From assembly GCF_001194135.2 (NCBI RefSeq), contig NC_068993.1, positions 25,395,383-25,448,969 on the forward strand: a stretch of 53,587 bases of DNA, written 5' to 3'. How positions within the stretch are numbered: position 1 is the stretch's first letter; each line of letters opens with the position of its first letter. The notes under the pieces were generated by a model that was not told the DNA's origin, made no database searches, and saw only the letters and a list, made by a program, of their open reading frames with translations. The stretch is from Octopus bimaculoides (taxonomy: Eukaryota). Made by a program: the position numbers and the translations under genes. This document shows positions 50,976 to 53,587 of the stretch, piece by piece.

Positions 50976-52008
50976 CATTGTACTCTTATAAACAAATATA
51001 TACTATCAAAGCATTGTTGTATATCTAGTTGGTCTTCCTGTTGCAAACCCTTACTTGTTTTCCGAATAAGTTTTCATTCAACCAACTCATCTTTAAAAAC
51101 GCAGAGCTAGTGGATGATTTATTGACATAGGAATGTCAACAAGCATTACCGTTTGTAGTTTATCATTTTCCTTATACAGACACACCAAACATATATACAC
51201 ATGAACACACACACATGAACACACACACACACACACACACACACACTTTAATAATCTATTAATAATTAAACAAATGATTAAGTTACAAAGGATAAACTGT
51301 GAAAAGATTATTTAAACAAACTAATTCTACCTTAGATTTACAAAATAATATTTTAAGTTTGGAATCATTTCAAGTTTACATTCAAGTTTCAAATTAAAAG
51401 TTTAAATTTGTTACCAAATATTGTTAAATTTAGTAGCATGTCTAGTTAAAGGAGATTAATTAAAGGAGATTATGTGCTTGAGTCATAGATTCTTGAGTCA
51501 TTACCCACAAGTTTGGGTTTTTCTGACTTATTAATGGATTCTTTTCTAATTTCTTCTTTCTCTTTATCCCTTTCTTCCTTCTCTCCCTCCCATTGACTTA
51601 TGATAAACACTTCTGCTTTGTTCAGGTTCAACAAATATTTGTTCTTTTTCACAGGAGAGGTTGGCTCTCTTATAACATGAACTCTAACTACTTAATTTCC
51701 TTCTATTACATTTTGGTGTTTTGACTTTTTTTTTAATGAAGGCATGTTTCTTAAACTTTATTTATTAGCATTTATTTATATACTCTTTTACTTGTTTCAG
51801 TCATTTTGACTGCAGTCATGCTGGAGCACCACCTTTTAGTTGAACAAATTGACCCCAGGACTTATTCTTTATAAGACTAGTACTTATTCTATCGGTCTTT
51901 TTTACTGAACCACTAAATTACAGGGACATAAACACATCAAAATCAGTTGTCAAGTGATGGTGGGGGGACAAACACAGACACACAAATACATACATATATA
52001 TATATATA

Positions 52009-52212
52009 CAGTAATCCCTCACCATATTGTGGCTCACCCATCACGGTTTATTATTTAAGCTTACAGTGTTGTTTTGCATTTATGATAAAATAAATATATG
52101 CAAATTTAAAAATAATAAAAAATATATATAGTACAGTACTGTTTCTACATCGTGGATTTTCACCTATTGTAGGAGGTTTTGGAATGTAACACTTGCAGTA
52201 GTTGAGGGATTA

Positions 52213-52215
<3 letters not shown>
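52009..52215. mobile_element. Tigger/pogo-type MITE, 207 bp
   Basis: TIR CAGTAATCCCTC / GAGGGATTACTG flanked by TA. Confidence 0.9.
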
Positions 52216-52275
<60 letters not shown>

Positions 52276-52374
52276 GGAGTAAGCACATAAATGTGCAACA
52301 AGGTGCAAAAGAGAGTACTCAAATACCAGAGGTAGAGTAATATGCTTTATTTAAAAGCAGCAGAAATATAACAA

Positions 52375-52420
52375 AAAACTGTTACTCGGAGTTTCACGTT
52401 CCCATTCATCGGACAGTTTT
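52375..52420 (-). ncRNA. Minimal type-I hammerhead motif, CCGAUGA core variant, in a (TA)n-flanked repeat (about 52270-52640)
   Basis: AAAACUGU-CCGAUGA-AUG GGAA CGU-GAAA-CUCCGAGUA^ACAGUUUU; 8-bp stem I. Confidence 0.7.
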
Positions 52421-53587
52421 GTTAGAAATGGGAAAGAAATTACGATGCAATCAAAACTAATATAAAATTTAAAACATGTGGATCTGTTTCATTGGTTGCT
52501 TCAAATAACGGTCTTGGGTGTGCAGTGAACAAAACAAAGGAATTCAATATAGATTCATCCTATTTTTAAAAAATCAAAGAAAACCTTAAATAGAAAAATG
52601 GGTTCAAAATAATATTGTAAATAATTATATTTGAATTAACACATTAAAATTAAATAAAATTTACGCTGCATCAATAATAAAAATAAAATTACAACAGTAT
52701 ATAACGCATACTAGACTATCTACTACATACATACATACATCAAAATACACAGATACATACGTACAGACAATATACGTATATAGGTATATATTTGTAAGAC
52801 ATAAACACATGCACGAATACGTGCATGTATGTGTGTGTGTGTGCATCCATGTACAGATGCACATGCTCACGTCAATACACACATGCATGCAAAACCATAT
52901 GAGTATGTCTACACACACACACACAGAACTATATACTTGCACATGCCACCCCTTTCTACTCTCTCCCTCCCCAATAACTTGACCAATTTCCTATCTGCCA
53001 CATAGACTATTTCCTGTCCTCCATGTGGTCAATTTCCTATTCACCATGTGGTATTTTCCAACTAACTGTTACCCATATACCAACATCAAACCATGTGTGA
53101 CTTTCCTTGACCAATCACAGCCCATCTTACCAATCAACTTTTATCATTCAAATTCAAAATGGTTGATGGTTAGCATCATGCTTGAAGCTCAAGAGTACCA
53201 ACGAATTTGAATCAAACTGTTTTGATCCATACATCTCCGCTGACATACTACGACGAAGTCTCCAAGATGCAGATATGATAGAGATTTTTATTTATTTACG
53301 GCCTCAAACATCTCATACCTTCGCGCTTTAGTCTGCCCTCTATTATTTATCTTGTTTCTCTCCATGAAATTCAATTGAATTCAGTTTTTGTCTTAAATTC
53401 ATACTTATTCATTTTCTAAGCTTCCTAAATTCATGCTACGTATATATTCTATTCACCTAGATTTCATTGCACTTTTAAAAATTACGATTTATGCATTGTT
53501 GTCTCTCAAATATTTAAAATCTACAATTAAGAGCCCTATCTCCTCGCTGACGGTACCTACCCACCCCTACCCATTTTCCTTTATTCA

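Overview
AT-rich, gap-ridden animal genomic DNA. The SINE, RTE and microsatellite landscape suggests a coleoid cephalopod, probably Octopus (inference). Most long ORFs in the supplied track are N-runs, simple repeats or decayed transposon frames, and no intact host gene is visible. Mobile DNA includes two inverted near-full-length RTE LINEs (638-4517 +, 44307-48335 -), a 5'-truncated Penelope-like element, R4/Dong-like, Tx1/L1-like and CR1/L2-like LINE fragments, mariner/maT/Tigger/hAT/Merlin-like DNA transposon remnants, a Tigger-type MITE and at least four tRNA-derived SINE families. A CpG-rich promoter-like island (about 8.4-10.4 kb) has two candidate phase-0 first coding exons of an unidentified minus-strand gene (ATG|gtgagt; MAEGDTPQ|gt) and an RFX X-box. 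Scattered micro-exon candidates lie on both strands. The main finding is three minimal type-I hammerhead ribozyme motifs. One sits in the 3' part of a tRNA-headed SINE, and that SINE has inserted into stem II of the hammerhead in the Penelope pseudo-LTR. The third is a CCGAUGA-core variant in a (TA)n-flanked element. All alignments and folds were done by eye; element boundaries are approximate unless TIRs or TSDs are given.
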